From Lama glama (Eukaryota), in the NCBI GenBank assembly GCA_028534125.1, contig CM052816.1:73596001-73660000 (forward strand): a DNA stretch of 64,000 nucleotides, written 5' to 3'. Within the stretch, counting starts at the first letter, position 1; the number at the start of each line of letters is the position of its first letter. The position numbers were made by a program, and so were the translations under genes. Below, one piece after another: positions 12,766-27,503 of this stretch. The notes beneath the pieces are model-generated. The model saw nothing but the letters and a program-made list of their open reading frames with translations, made no database searches and was not told the origin of the DNA.

Positions 12766-14729
12766 GCTTTGAAGGAAATTCTGAACTGTTCTTTTAAACA
12801 GCAGGATTAAATAAGGATTAATGGATTTACATCAACTGGAGCAAAGTTATAACAGATCTTGGTTACAGCTACTGATTCATGTTACTATTCCAATCTTGCT
12901 GTTTATGCCTAACAACCCACACTGGTATCATGCTCATTCCTTCTTGTATTGTGGTTTCAGCACTTCCAGAGTGCTTTTAGGCACTGCTAATCCAAATTTT
13001 AGGTTCATGTACTCAGACGTAATTATTTTTGGTTGCAAGGAGGATGCATCCAGGACAGAAGATGGAATTAGACCATTATGGTTTGAGAATTGGTGCTCCA
13101 AATAGAAAAGTTGAAATGTATATGTTTGTAAACAATTGTAGCCTAGTGTGTATTGTGGGTTTTGTTTTTTTCCTCCAAAATGCACATTTTTTAAGTTTCA
13201 CTGATTTGCTATAACATCAGCTCTGTCTGGTAGAAAGAAGACATTTGGGTGTCACAACCAACATAGTCTGATCCATGCTGAGAGTCATGACTGACCAAAC
13301 AGCCTATAGCAATATTTAACACATCACGTTGTAACTGTGTCTTTACTTTATAGCCTGGCCCATGGGCTATTATAAACTTGGAAGGGAGCAGGATTGAGTC
13401 TTTTTCAACATGTATTTCCACTGCCAGAATAGCTGCCTGGTGCACAGGTGTTTTTCAAAACACATAAGATGAATTAATAAATGAATACAAGGCTGGATTA
13501 AGATCGAACGATGCCCTCAGCCTAGTCTAACAGTGGTGCTCCCTCAGCCTTTCCATCGCTCAAAATAAAGAGCTTAAGGATCATTTACACAAACAGCTGG
13601 TCAGTTAAGTGCTAGCCAAAGTCACCGGCTCTGTTTACATTGGATATAAGTGAAACTCTCAAGCTATGAGATGGAAACAAATGTGTTATCTAACAACAGC
13701 TTTAAACCAAACTTTTAAAATTTAGTCACTCACTGTGACAAAGGAAATGTTCAATAATACAGATTAAAGTAAAACATGGCAATACCAAAAAAAAAATTGG
13801 ACTAAAGTCAAGGGAGGCAGTGGAATAGTTAAGGACAAGATAGCTGGGGTGAAGAGAAACTCTGTAGTGCTCCCCTTGCCTTGGTACATCTGCTTGTTTT
13901 GCTGAATGGTTAATCTAGGGCTGAATGAATGGCAGAAAATGCAAAGCTGACTAAATCTAATTTTGTATGTTCCCCATCCGATTCTTCCTAAATTTCTTGA
14001 CTTTTCTACTTTAAGCCTCAGTCTACAGTTCATTCCATGAATCTTCTTTTCATATGTCTATGCCTTTCTCCCCAGTCCTATGACATCATGTCTGACTCAG
14101 ACTTTTCCTATTCCAGCACTTGACTCTCCAACTGCCCAAGCCTTTGACTCTCAAAATTGGTCCCTTGAGCTGCCTAGTCAACAGTTTTGCTGCTTAATGT
14201 GCATAGCACTTTGTGAAAAGCATGACAAACCTATAATATAAAAAAAATAGCAATTTCCCTATTTTGAAAAGTTATCTAGTTCGGTGGCCAGTGCACACAT
14301 GTGTGAAAATATTCTAGGTCTCAATTTCCACATTATTATAACAACTTTAAAAAATGGGTCTTTTTTGCTGTTATTCTTTGAATAAAAGACTTGAAAAAAA
14401 ATTACCAAGTCCAAATTGATATAGTACTTGCAAGTTGATATAGTATAAATGGAAAGTTACTAACACATAGTTAAGTCAGAGTCATAGTTACATGGGTTAG
14501 ACTTCTAAGAAGAGGGTAGATTTTGAATAATATTGATCAAGATTGCAGGGATGGGTAGCCCTCAAGAAGTCTGTCCTCTTACACCCCCATTATCCTATTT
14601 TATCAAATTTTAATATCATTCCATAATTTTCTCAAATCCTTTATTTTTAAGGAATAATGGTGAAACAATGGTGGTTCCCAGGATCATAATTCTATTCTCC
14701 TTCCTCCTTCCTCATTGGATAAATTAATT

Positions 14730-15600
14730 GGAAGAATTAATTAATTGAGGTATAGTCATGCTGTGGAATACTCTACAATAGTTACAAGAAATAATGTCAA
14801 CATGAATAAATTTTTAAAACATAACGAACAGTTAGGTTGATTCTAGTTTTTCATGATTTACAAACTTTGTTGCAATAAACACTCATGCACATGTTTCTTT
14901 ATATACAGATGCAAAGGTTCCTCAAGAGCATACGTTCAGAAGTAAAATTTGTGCATTTTGAAGGGTATGCACATTTTCAGCTTACTAGATATTGTCAAAA
15001 TCTCTCCAAATAGTTTTTGACCAGTTAGTAGCAGATGAAAATTTCTATTTCTCTACATCCTCAGTGACATTTGGTAACATAAGAATTTTTAATTTTTGAC
15101 AATCTAATAACTGTATAGAATGGAATCTCTCTCTTTGTTTTCACATTCTCTGATTTCTTGTAAAGTAGCACATCAGTTAAGTTTTTTAGTTGTTATATGA
15201 ATTGTCTATTATATCCTTTTCATATTTTTTACTTGTTTTATTATTCCATGTTGGTTTGTAGGACTTATTTCTACATCATAAGTAATAATATCTTGCTAGC
15301 TATATGCATGTAAATAACTTTGTTTATGAGGCCGATGGTTGTTTAGAATTTGTTCACTTTAATATAGCCTTGTTTGACAATATTTTTACATTATGGTTTG
15401 GGAGTCTGTGTCTTCTCTAAGGAATCTTCTCCTATATTTGCTTCTAAAATTTTTAATTAAAAAATTAGATCTTTAATCTGCCTATAGTTCCCTTTGTATG
15501 GTATAACATAGGAACCTAATTTATTTTTTTCTATTATGAAAAAACAATTTCACAACACTATATTTATTGTCACTGCTTTATAATTCTGCCTCTAGCCTAT
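14730..15600 (-). mobile_element. Old L1M fragments, mostly antisense (short sense piece at 14730-14820)
   Basis: …ttaggttgattctagtttttc…tgcaataaacactcatgcacatg…gggtatgcacattttcagcttactagatattgtcaaa… antisense ORF2/3' motifs. Confidence 0.7.
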
Positions 15601-18399
15601 TCCTAAAAGTAATATTTCCAGAAAATTGCAGCACATTCTAAGGGAAATATTCTCTCTTTTCAGCTATTTTTGGACAGAAGCAGCTAGAGGAAATTTAATG
15701 TATTACTGTCTGTGTGTGTATTCCAGAGGCAATGAACTGCTGGATATCTTGTTTTTAAAGTGTTCATTACGAGACAGTTCTAGACTGGAGAGCAACGAGG
15801 GAAGAAATAGTGTTAAAGATGCTGAGGTCCTTTAGCATAACTCAGCTACAAAGGGCATCCTCAACCATGTCCTGAAACCTAGGACCACCACACTCACATA
15901 ATCAGTCTTCAACTTATGCCATGACTAGAACTTGGGCTTCTAATGACTCTCTGAAATGTACCTCTAGGACCTCATCTTTAGCTTGCACTTATCCTTGGCC
16001 CACAGTACAGCAGTCCATGACAATTTCTAGGCCAACACTTTACTGGGAGCAACACAGGGAGAGACACGTTAAAGGTGTTTCAGTGTGCTGCCATGTTCAG
16101 GGTGACACAGTCCACTGTTAGCACATTGCCCTCAGGTTGGCAGCTCACTGTAGTGTTTCACTGAAGGAAGCTGACCACATACTGAATGGAATGCTTTCTT
16201 CTGAGAAACATTGGATTACCTATTAGGGAAAGAGAAATGACTCAGTACAAACGACTTGCATCTCTGAGGAAGCCAGTGGACAGGAGACACTGAATTATCT
16301 CAGATAATAAAGGTGGGGCTGTTAATGTAATCAGAGAAGCCTGCAAAACTGCTGTTTAAAAAAACAAAAATTCTGAGTTCAGGTAGTAAAGAGACATATG
16401 AAAGCAGTAACTCTTGGGTTTTTTTGTTGTTGTTGGTTTTTTTTTTCACTTTAACACTCCTATAATTTTAAAAAATTTTAATGGATTTTTATTTTCAAGA
16501 CCTGGAAAAACAAAGGTCCTCCTAAGCTGAGAGCAAATGCTTCCAGTGTTTGCCTGAAGCCATTCTTTTTATTGGAGGAGTTACAGACCCTCAAGAAGAA
16601 GGGGTTTATAATGGAAAAAATGAGACGGCATCCACCATAATGAAGCTCAGAAAATAAATAATAAAAACCCTGTTAATGCCTGACACTTTATGTTTCTAAA
16701 GAAAACCACTGCCTTTTATCTAAAATGAGACAGTTGCTGAGGAAATGGACCTGCAACAGTGGTCCATTCCCTTTAGAATATTCCTCAAAGACTAAGCATT
16801 TTATGAGAAAGACAAGCATATATTTAACATAGTTCTTTTACTTTACCTTCATTACCCTTCAGGGAAAATGGTCCCTTGATGTATGTTAGATTTTCCTTAC
16901 TATCAATCTCCCAGATAAATGCAGTAGAAACCCTTTCAGCAAAGTATCCAGTGAAGAGAGGACCATGCTTTTTCAGCTGAAACATGCAATGTCTTAATGT
17001 ACCAGGAGGAAACAGCAGAATTCCCAGGACCCAATTCTTCCTGGAGTCAATGGAGGTTCTGCGTGTCAATTCCTCCTTAAGGGAGTGTGTGATTTCTTGG
17101 GGAAACAGGACTTTTTTAGAACAGTATGTGGAAATAAGTACTCAGTTCATATCCTTATGGAGCTGAAGACAGCAATTCATATCTTTATGGACATGGCAGT
17201 ACACGTGAAACCATCCCTGTCCTCAAGGAACTCCTATTCCAGGAAGCATAGTCAGTCAGTAAACACAATTGCTGACAGTTACTAACCACAATACTAGGTT
17301 CAACTCTCCACAAGCATAATGTTCTGTAGCCTGCACATTTATCCTAATGAAATAGGAACTATTATTAGAAGTACTTTTGAAGAAGCTGAAACAGTCTGTA
17401 AGCACGGGGCGGGAACAGCAACCCAGGGGTTATGCTGGGAATACAGCAGGCAAGAATTTGCTCAGTTCCACAGGCTGCAATTTGTACTGATGGAAATAGT
17501 CCTTTGTCATTTTAAATTTAAATGTGATAGTACCAACAGCTACAGTCAGTTCTGAAAACTTCACTCCCTATCAGTCAATTGTGGTGAGTAGTATAAATGT
17601 ACTGAATCCTCCCACAGTACTGGTATCAGGACTCATGTCAGGGCAGTCTCTCTAAGAGAGTTTCCACAGGACCTGTTTCATAGTAGCTTCCCTCAGTGAG
17701 ATCCAAGACAAGCCAACATTACTCTAACTTTTACTCAGCCGAATTCATACAAAGATAGTGGTGTTTTTATACTGATAATCAGGTAATGGCAACCTGTCCC
17801 ATGAAGTGAATTCCATTACTTTTCATGCACTTTTATATCTCAGTTTTCTCTCTGCCTTAATAATGTTTTAGCACATAAGCTTTTTGCATAAACTGCTTTT
17901 TTTTAAAGTTGGTCCCCCACCACATTCTAAATCCTGATGTTGCTGAATCTGTAAATTGTTTTAGGATATAACTCACATTTTAACCTACATACAGTTATGT
18001 TTTGTACTTATCTTATTTTCTTATTAGATTTTAGGCTCCTTGAAGGTGAGCACAATGTATTACTATTCATTGCTGAGTTTTGAAAAGTTTCTGGGTACCA
18101 GGCAAGGTGTCCAACTAAAAATTTTAAATATAACTGTTCACTAAATTCTTTTTTGTAAAGAGGATACTTGGCAGCCTTAAAATCATTGCTTAAATAGTTC
18201 AACAATATTTGTATGATTGTGAGTAAGTGTCCAGGATTAAAAGAGTCCATCTTCTCTTTCTTCTGTCTCTACTCCTACTCCTTCCTTCAGAGGTAACTGA
18301 CATTCCAAGTTTAGAGTAAATCCTTCAGCCCTTTATCAGCATATTCACATGCACATATTTATGACACTACATCAGTTTTTTTTAAAAAGTACTGAGTGG

Positions 18400-18600
18400 T
18401 TAACAGGTGCCTCACACTATGATACTCATTTTATATATTAACAACCCTATGAGGTACATACTAACACTCTCATTGTACAGATAAGTACGTTGACGCACTG
18501 AGAGGTTAGGTAGTTTGTGCAACGTCCCTCAGGTAGTAAGTGAAGGAAACAGAATTCAAGCCTAGGCAGTCCGATGCAGAGCCCAAACGCTCGATCCCAG
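18400..18600 (-). mobile_element. MIR SINE
   Basis: aaccctatgaggta…cattgtacagataag…gcactgagaggttagg…agaattcaagcctaggcagtccgatgcagagccc. Confidence 0.85.
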
Positions 18601-18664
18601 GAAGATCGTTTTTAACTACTGCATACTTCTACACCTTCGGGAAACATCATAAGGGACTCTAGGC

Positions 18665-18850
18665 TTTTAAAAATCTTTTCATAAGGAAAAATTCAAACAC
18701 ATAACAAGAATCCAAAAAGTAGTATAATGAATACCCATGTATCCATTGCCCAAATTCAACAAATGTCAACTCACAGCCAATCATGTTCCAACCACATTCT
18801 ACATAATTCCCCCAAGCTTGGATTATTCTGAAGGAAATTCTTGGCAATAA
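18665..18850 (-). mobile_element. L1MC-type 3' end fragment
   Basis: aaattcaaacacataacaag…gtataatgaatacccatgtatccattgcccaaattcaacaaatgtcaactcacagccaatc. Confidence 0.7.
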
Positions 18851-19409
18851 TAGTAATATTGGGGGCAAAAATATTAACGTTAATAGTACTATTAAAATAG
18901 TAGCATGATAGTAAACATTATATAGTAACAGTTAACATTTAATGTTAACATTTGACTTTATTTTTAAAAAGGTATCATATTTAGTGTCAATTATGAGCCA
19001 GACATCTTGAGAACAAGAGTTAAAGAAAGGGATGCTCTAAGAGTTTAAGTAACTTGTTCAGCATTTCCATGCTAACAAGTAACAAAGCGGGTGTGCACTG
19101 GATCTACACTCTTCCTATTCTCCTGTGTAGCCTCTCATTATACTCCAGCCCTTTCTAAGTAGTAGTAGGCTGTCATATGATATGAAAGGCTAGGTAAAAC
19201 AATCGCTAACATTTTCCTAAGCTGGAAAATCTATGATTCTATAATAATCCATATTTTAAATTAAAAAAAATGGAGAAATTAATTGTAAAGATGACATTCT
19301 CCAGCATCCACACAGTACAGATTTTAGAGTTTTCAACTATATCACAGATAAGCATCATATTGGTATTTTGTTTATACAACACTAAATGCTTTTGGAATGT
19401 AATATCAAG

Positions 19410-19930
19410 AAGAGTTTTGCTCTTAAAGACCAAAACTCAAAGTGAATTAAGATAAATAGAATAATCAAAGAGAAGTATTTAAAACTAAAAAGTCCAGCAC
19501 TAATTATCTTCAGGCATAGCTGGCTGCAGGTACTCAAATGATATTATCAAGCAAACATCCATCTACATTCATGTAGCTCTACTTTCCGTTGGATTGCCCT
19601 CATTGTCAGGTGACTTCCCCCTTGCAAGAGTATCTTCCTATTGCTCAGTGAGTCTGATTGAAAGAACTTTAAAAAAAAATCAGTGCTTTCAACAAAAATC
19701 CTAGGATTGAGTATTATTAACCTGATTTGCATACCACTGTGGTCAGAGGAATAGAATGTCCTGATAAATCTGGGTCATGAAGCCACCTTTGGTTCCAAAT
19801 GGAGACAGAATCCCACCTAAAGCACATGGACTGAGGACGGGAGAAAGGTAATTCCTCAAATGAAAATCAGAGAGTTGTTACCAAAGAGAAGTGACTAGAT
19901 TCTGTACAAGTGAAGACAACTGATGTACTT
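19410..19930 (-). mobile_element. MLT1 (MLT1J/K-like) LTR relic
   Basis: …cttcaggcatagctggctgcaggtactcaaatgat…gtggtcagaggaatagaatgtcctgat…ctgggtcatg…aattcctcaaatgaaaatcagagagttgttacc. Confidence 0.65.
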
Positions 19931-21953
19931 CACAAAGAGGCTAGAGGAGAAAAGTGCTGCATGTCCCCAGGACTGGTGATTAGGTACAGTAATGCAGAAC
20001 CACCTTAATCTTTTTTCCATAATTACTTGATTTTTCTGGAAAGAAAGTTGTGTGAAAAAAGTAGAAGGGAAACAGACAGTATCATGAAATTATCCACACC
20101 AGTTAAAGCATCAACACCTTATACCCCTGAATCCCCTCTAAGGCACAGGAAGTACTCATTGAGCCACTGAATGGAAGCAAAAGAATCCATCTCAGTTTAG
20201 TGCCGAGGTGGAGCAGTTATTAATTGAACAAAACAATTTTCCTACTTTTTAATTCCAAAAAGCATAGAGGTGACCACTATTACTATTGGGAAAGAAAAGT
20301 AAGAATAAGGTGTTGATTTTTAAAGATTCCACTTTTCTTAAAGGAAAACCCTCTTAGCTTCTCCTCCTATATGTATTCTCTTGAAATTCCCTGCCTTACA
20401 AATGATTGCATGAGATGCTAATCAAAGAGCTTTGAATTCTTCAGAGAACAGTCTCTAAACATGAAAAAATCAATGTTAAAAATACTAAAACTTGGAAATA
20501 CAAAGCTATTTGGCTATTGTACACCACAACAAAAAGCAAAGGATTTTTTCAGTCACATTTAACAGATTAAACTCATTGATTATTTTAAAATCAACAACCC
20601 CTTTGTGATTGGCATTTTATCAAATTAAAATGTATTCTAGTTTACACACTCAGTTTTGTATACACTCTGAACATCAGAGCATAAAGAGCATACATACCAA
20701 ATGTTGACTTCAGAGCTGAGTGTAGGCAGATAAACTTTTTTCCTCAAAAATGAATATATAATTGAGGTGGAATGTTTCAAAATCTTATATGAAAATATCT
20801 TAAGGGCCTGCCAACGATTCCAATAGAAACTTAAGATTTTTGTTTTGTTTTGTTTTGGTTTTGTTTTTTTTTTGCAGACTATCTTAAAATAAGAGATAGC
20901 TGAATAAACATCTTCTAAAGATTTATTTTCCGTAAAATTTTATTCATGAATAACCTTTATGAATCATATATTCTGCAAACATTTGAAGCCTTCAGCTTTC
21001 ATCCTGATCAAGTATGAAAATATCAATCTCACTGAAGGCAGCTTTAGAAGAGCAATTTTATTCACTGAGGTTGAATAATGGATACTTAATATCATTGATT
21101 CATCTCTTATAAACTTTCAGTTTCCAGGTTAGCACATCAATTCACCCTCCCCAACTTTTCTTACTCTTTTAACTCCCTTACTCTTTAAACATGCTTACAA
21201 CACAAAACAGTGGTAGAATCTGAACTCTGTGCCAGATGAAAAATAAAACTAATTATTCTCATACGGCTCCAATTCATAAGAGCTCCCACGTGTGTGTCCT
21301 ACTTTATGTTCATCAATCTCACTTCCAACTCAAGAATGTGAGGAGGTCAGAGATCCAATTCCTAGAAAAAGAAATTGGTCTTTTATGGAACAAAACTACT
21401 CTTCTTTTATATACATCAAAATAACATTATTTGGCAAGAGCTTGGAAAGATATTTCATGTATATTTGAGGGTATTATGTATACATATATGTGAAGAATTA
21501 TGTATATGAATATGTACATACTATATATGAAGAATATACACAAATTACATATATGGAGAACATGATGGATAAAGAATTATTAATTTTGCATCTAGATATC
21601 ACACCATGCAATAAGAAGTTTAGAATGAAAAACATTTGTAATTCAACTTTTCCAAAGGAGACCAGTATAAGATTATTCATGATGAAGACTCGTTCAAAAG
21701 TTTTAAATGTCAAAATAATAGATCTTTTTATTATTTTGCTAATTTCATCTTGACTTCTTCCCAAGATATTTAGTGATTTGGGTATTTCTGCTAGGTATTT
21801 TCTCTAGATACTAAGTCTAAAACACAGGTTTTCCCCATTTCCGACCCCTCAACATTTTTAGACTTATGCCCATCATATTCTTCGTCTTCCATGGGTGATC
21901 ATACTCTAGCCACAGTATTTTGCATCTCATTCAACTTGACTTAGCTTACTTAC

Positions 21954-22400
21954 TAAAGAAACCCAGGGTCAAATTCTACCGAAGATACGTTCTTCTCACA
22001 CTAAAGTCAAAGGGTTCTGTGCAAGCAACTGAGAAAAGCACAGGGGCAGGAGTGTCTCTTTGGAAGATAATAGCTCCAGTCCTCTCCTTGCTTAGTTCCT
22101 CTCCTCTGAAATTCTTGGACTGTCTTCCACTTAAAGGCCAAGCTACTGCTCCTTTAGTTAATGTCAAATGTAAGAACACCATAGCTGCCAAACAACAAAG
22201 CAGAAAATCATAAACTAGCCAACAAGAGTTCGCAACAGTATCCATTAGCTTGCTGATTCACGTATTACTTATTCCTACTTTAAAATACAAAAAGTTATGC
22301 AATGGGAAACCACAGCACATTCAACCTGAAGCTTTGAAATGTGCACTGATGATAGCAATACGTGACGTCAACACAGGAAATGTAAGTTTAGAGTTATGGC
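21954..22400 (-). promoter_or_regulatory. Candidate internal promoter / non-coding first exon
   Basis: Minus-strand donor TTA|GTAAGT (acttac at 21948-21953); perfect CRE TGACGTCA at 22363-22370 next to an ETS-like ACAGGAAATG; repeat-free with several CpGs. Confidence 0.35.
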
Positions 22401-24269
22401 AAGCTTGGAGAGGTTTTGGAACCACAGATCTGACTTTGATGCTCACAGCTACTTTCAATCAACAGAAGTAGCAATTGCAGAGGAGAGAAACTTAGGCTAG
22501 ACTTTCTCAAGAGTTTTTCTTTCCTTTGAGCAATTCTTTTCAATTTGCTAAGTTATTTCTGTTTTAGCAAAGTGTTTTAGAATGTAAGAATTTACCAAAG
22601 TGACAAGTAATCTACTGGGAATGAAACCAAAATGCAAACTTAGCCGTTGTCTTTAAAACCACATGTCTTTAAATCCCTTGATTGTTAACTCTTATCCCAA
22701 AGAGAAGAGGTCTTAACTTTCATTGACTTTCACTAGGTAATAACTGGACTATTTTGCATTATATTTCCCCCTACCTTGACAACTTAATTGACCTGTTAGA
22801 AGTATAATTTACTACATAAAAAAGCTCCCAAAGTATTAAATAAATTCTATTTAAAAGTCACAACAGCATACATCTAAAAACAGAGTAGGTTGGAATAAAA
22901 TTAAACAAAAATAATTTTAAGAAATCCAGATGTACTATTACGATGCTATCATTTCTACCCAAAAACATATTTAGTCCACAAGCCTTAACCCAATTGTCTA
23001 CCTCCGATGTATCATGGTCATCCACACAGAGACTTTCTTAGGAATTAAACTTTGGAATTACTTGTTTACACAAGAAAACTCATCTCAGATGTAGCATCTG
23101 TTTCTCACTAAGGCTTAGCTTTCACCTAATTCTCCAAATGGGTTGAATGAGGTTCAAGAATGTGAGGTGACTTGCTCAAGATCACACAGTGAATCCAGGG
23201 CAAGCAGTCGCACTCCCTTGAGCAGTAGGTGTGCACCTTGGCACAAAACTCCACTGATGCTGCTGTCAGGCCTGAGACATCCTCACATCCACTAGAAAAC
23301 CTTAGTTCACTGAGTGAATTACTTGACATCTTTATATTTTTAAGTGTATCAGAAGGAAGAGAAAAGTGCCATGGAATTCGAATATGTTCACCAGGTCTTC
23401 TTTATTAAATTACATCTTGACTCCAAAATCAGCTTAACCTAAAATATTTGAGTGTTAGGTCCATAGGTTATATTATATACCTTGTATAATACAGCAAGAA
23501 TGTAGTAAAGGGAAAAAAATATGGACTATATTAAAGGGTTAAAAAAATCAGCAAAAACCTATTTACATAGCCTTACGTATTTCTTTCATATGAAACATTT
23601 TACTATCTTTATAAACTACAAAAGACTACTTATAAGTACTAATTCTTGCTTGAATAATTTATTATTTTTACGTCACTCATTGCAAAGAACCCCAAATAAC
23701 ACTTACATTTACAATAAATCCAAATAATAGTACTTCAAGGAAATTAGCTTGGCCATAATATAAGTATAAATGCATATATACTCAGCTGAAATGAAGTGAA
23801 TACTCTTAGAATTTTCCACTATGCAAACTTAGTTTCCTATAATATTTCAACATTTTTCATTTTAATCATGATCTACCTTCAGTTAATTTTATGTATATAC
23901 AATTGTTTAAACCCTTTCTTAATGTACAATGAATAGAATTATTCAAATTCTTTTTTTCCAGTGTATTCCAGACAGTAATGTCTTTTGTGTCCATTATTAT
24001 ATAAATGCTTCTAATCAAGTAACATATTTACAGAGGTTACCCTCAGACTTATTTTTCTATAGAGCCAAAGTTTTAAGTTCAGATATTTCTACATAACTGT
24101 AACTATCTATGATTGACTCAGTGATTCCTAATTTAGGTGCTGTGGCTAAAATGTTCTCTTCTATAACCTCCAATGGGTATCACATAATTCTTCAGACACT
24201 CCCACAAAGGGTTGCTCAAATTACCTTCTACTCCAGTGTAAATAAAAAATAAGTGGGTTATGTCGCCTG

Positions 24270-24390
24270 TTAACATTAGGGAAGCACACTGAAGAGTGAA
24301 AGATATATTAAAGCCCTCTGTATTACCTTTGCAGCTTTTCTGTAAATATAAAATCTTCTCCAGATGAAAAGTTTAGTTAAAAAAATAATG
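24270..24390 (+). mobile_element. L1ME-type 3' end fragment
   Basis: tgttaacattagggaagc…ctctgtattacctttgcagcttttctgtaaatataaaatc…aaaagtttagttaaaaaaa. Confidence 0.65.
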
Positions 24391-24709
24391 CTCTACATAA
24401 TTTTTAGGAGAAAAGAAGTGATGGTCAAAGTTCAAATACACAATCAGGTTCTGAAGGTAAAAAAAGATGGGGAATTCTGTGGAGTAACTTTTTGTTTTTT
24501 CACAAGCGTTATTAACCCTTAACTATTTTGCTTCCTATTCTTACGGTTCCCTGGAATGTTGATTTATTAAAATGGTCAAAATGTCTGTAGAAATACCAAA
24601 CACCAAAAGCACATCCCAATACCAAAAGTATGACCAAGTCTAACTATAATGGTGACTTGTCATCAATGTTCTTCAATCACCTCACTGTAAAGAACAACTT
24701 CTATCAGCA

Positions 24710-25950
24710 CCATTTTGATAAGTCAATCAGCAAATATGCGCAGAGCAGTTGCTATAATCCCAGGCATTATACTGGGCACTGGAGACATGAAGTTATAAGA
24801 CACAGCCTCTTGCTTGGAGAGCTAACACTGCAGTAGGGAGAGACGTCTGCAATACATGGGAAACCCTAACCCGGTGAGGCTATACTCCTGATAAGCATTC
24901 GGGAAGGCTCCACAAAGTGAGTTATCTCCTAACCTAATGGTCTCAAATCTTGTATTTGATAGCACTGTGTACTTTATGAAATGGCCTCATTTAATTTTTC
25001 TCATTCAAGTCTCATCATAGGCTTATAAAGCTAGATGAGCAGCTTTTTCATTCTTATGTTACTAATGAGAGTTACACCCAGTTTTCCCTGAGGCGCAGAG
25101 GGTTTAATTCAAGTCCTATGAACTGTTTTTGTCCCCTTTCTACTACTTCAACTTAGGTAGGGGTCTTGCCAGACTCATTCATTCTATAAAGATCTCATTC
25201 TTTCTTGATATTAAAGTGAATGTCCAATGTATTTCTTTTTTTCTTGACCTTTATTCTGTTCTTATCTATTTTTCAAAACAAGGTAAACAATGGTAGTTAT
25301 TCAAATTTTAAATCAAATCTCCATTCCCAGGATAGAAGTTTCACTTTTAAAGAACAGTGATTTCCCTCAAAGGTTTGGAAATGTGGGCGTAGCTGCTCAA
25401 GAAATTAATAGTAATTTAGGAAAAATAAGTATAAAGGGAATTGAGGAACTGGAGAGGAAAGAGATTACAGATGAGTGGCTTTGCATGTCAGGCTGGGGAT
25501 CAGTTTTATTCTGAAAATGAGGAGGTACAAAAGGATTTTAAGAAAGATGTGATCAGAGATTTGATGTAAAAGATATGACAATCACTCTAGCTGCTGCACA
25601 GAGAATAAATAGAACAGAGGTAAACTGGAGTCAGAAATAAGTGAGAACATGGCAATAGCCAAGAATACACTGATGAGAGGAATAAACTTACCAGACCAGA
25701 TAATGACAGCTAGTCTCGAGAAAACCAGAGTTATCAAGGAAGCCAACACAATTCCGTGAACACTTGGGTGTAAGTGGAGTGGAGACAGTAATGCTGAGAG
25801 GGTCAAGGAGGTCTCCCAGATTGCCAGCATAGGTAACTAGCCACTGAAAAGAGGTCAGACTCTGAGAGGCTGCAGGGAGGTTAGGGGTGAGAAGGTAAGG
25901 TGTTTAGCTTGAAATATGTTGAGTTAGAGGTGCCTGTGCATCTGCTGTGG
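24710..25950 (-). mobile_element. Fragmented L2 (antisense) with MIR remnants
   Basis: …caggcattatactgggcactggagacatg…; …gatgtgatcagagatttg…cactctagctgctg…gaaatatgttgagttagaggtgcctgtg…. Confidence 0.55.
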
Positions 25951-27503
25951 GTCTACAACTCAGGGAAAAGCTCTGTGACAGTAATATTTAGGAGTTATTT
26001 GTCTAACAATATGTGGGTTTCTGAAAAGTTTGTATACTTTGAAGTCAAGGGCTTAGGTTTTAGCAAAGATGAGGGAGTTTGCATCATGGATTTACCTCCA
26101 TTTCATTATCAAAGCCTTGGCTTTCCTATCTGGTATTATCTAATACATACAATTACTGCAACTATAGATAAAAAGATGTGCAAAGTAACAGCATGATACT
26201 TGGCATAAAAAAGGAACATAATAATTGGGCATTATCATTATCTTTCAAAATACTCAAAACAAATCTTCTCTTAAACTGATACATTTTATAAAAGATTTTT
26301 TATAAGGGAGGGCAGTAAGTACCTCTGAATTCAACTGTTTTATAACTTTATGTATTTATACTGTGATTCATCAGGGTTTTTAAAAAGCAGATATTATAGA
26401 AAAGGTAAATACTGTTTTATAGGACCATTTATACATTATGAGATATATGTATACATATCTCCATGTGTGTGCATGTCTGCTTACTATATGTGTTTATGTG
26501 TGTTAATTGCAAAATAAAATGCTTGAAGGCCATAGCTTTTTGAATTATATACTACAAAATAAACAACCTAGAAAAGGCATAATACTACCTTGAAAAATCA
26601 TTTTCTTATCAAGTTAGGCCCATCCTGCTTTCAAAATCTGCATCGAAATTCATTTTTAAAATAGAACTTTGCTGTCCTCAAATATGATGTAATAACACTA
26701 TACATTAGTGATGATGAAGATAACTTCACTTGTATATATATTATACATTTCAAAAAGATTTCAGATTATTTAATTTTATTCCATTTACATCTCAGCAACA
26801 TTGCAAAACCAATAGGCAAGGAAGTGGTAGCTCTATTTAGATTGAAGCATAGAGAGTCCAAGTGATTTGCGTCAGGTAACTCAGTGGGAAAGCTATATGC
26901 ATAAACTTGGCCATTTCCATTGCGATAATACTTTTCCCTTTGGGTTGTGCTGCTTCATGCAACATAGCTGCAGTTAGTTAGCCACTGCTCATCTCATGGG
27001 CCTTTGCCATGTGCTTTGTGTTTAAGGCTATGTCTACAAAAGAGTCCAAAATATTTGAGAGAAGGGAAGAAGGAGGGACATACAAATGAGTTGATGATTC
27101 AGGGGTAAGTTGTCAACTGTATTTTCACCGAAGACTGAGGCTTTAACTGAAAGTAGCTCATAGCCAATCTGCTTCGCAGATATCTCTCTTATTCCAAAAT
27201 CTATCATAGGGCTTAGGACACAATATACTCTATAAATATTGCTGAATTAAAATGTAAATTGCCAGGTCATTTTAAAAATGGGAATTCATGGTCATTTGAG
27301 ATGGATTAGAAAATAACAGAGAAGTGGAGGAGGAGGAAGAAAAAGAAAGAGATACACAGAAAAAGAAATGTATAGAGAGGTGTCTTCTGAGGAAGCTTCC
27401 AGCACAGCCACATAAAATGAGCTAGGAAGCATCTCCTGCTTTTCCAGTCTCTAGAACAGAAACTGCAAACTGTTCGACCTACGTAAGTCTAAAACAGTGC
27501 ATT

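Noticed and set aside
4397..24120. Scattered AP-1 (TGA[C/G]TCA) and STAT-like motifs
   Set aside because: Single 7-9-mers occur several times by chance in 64 kb; no clustering strong enough to call
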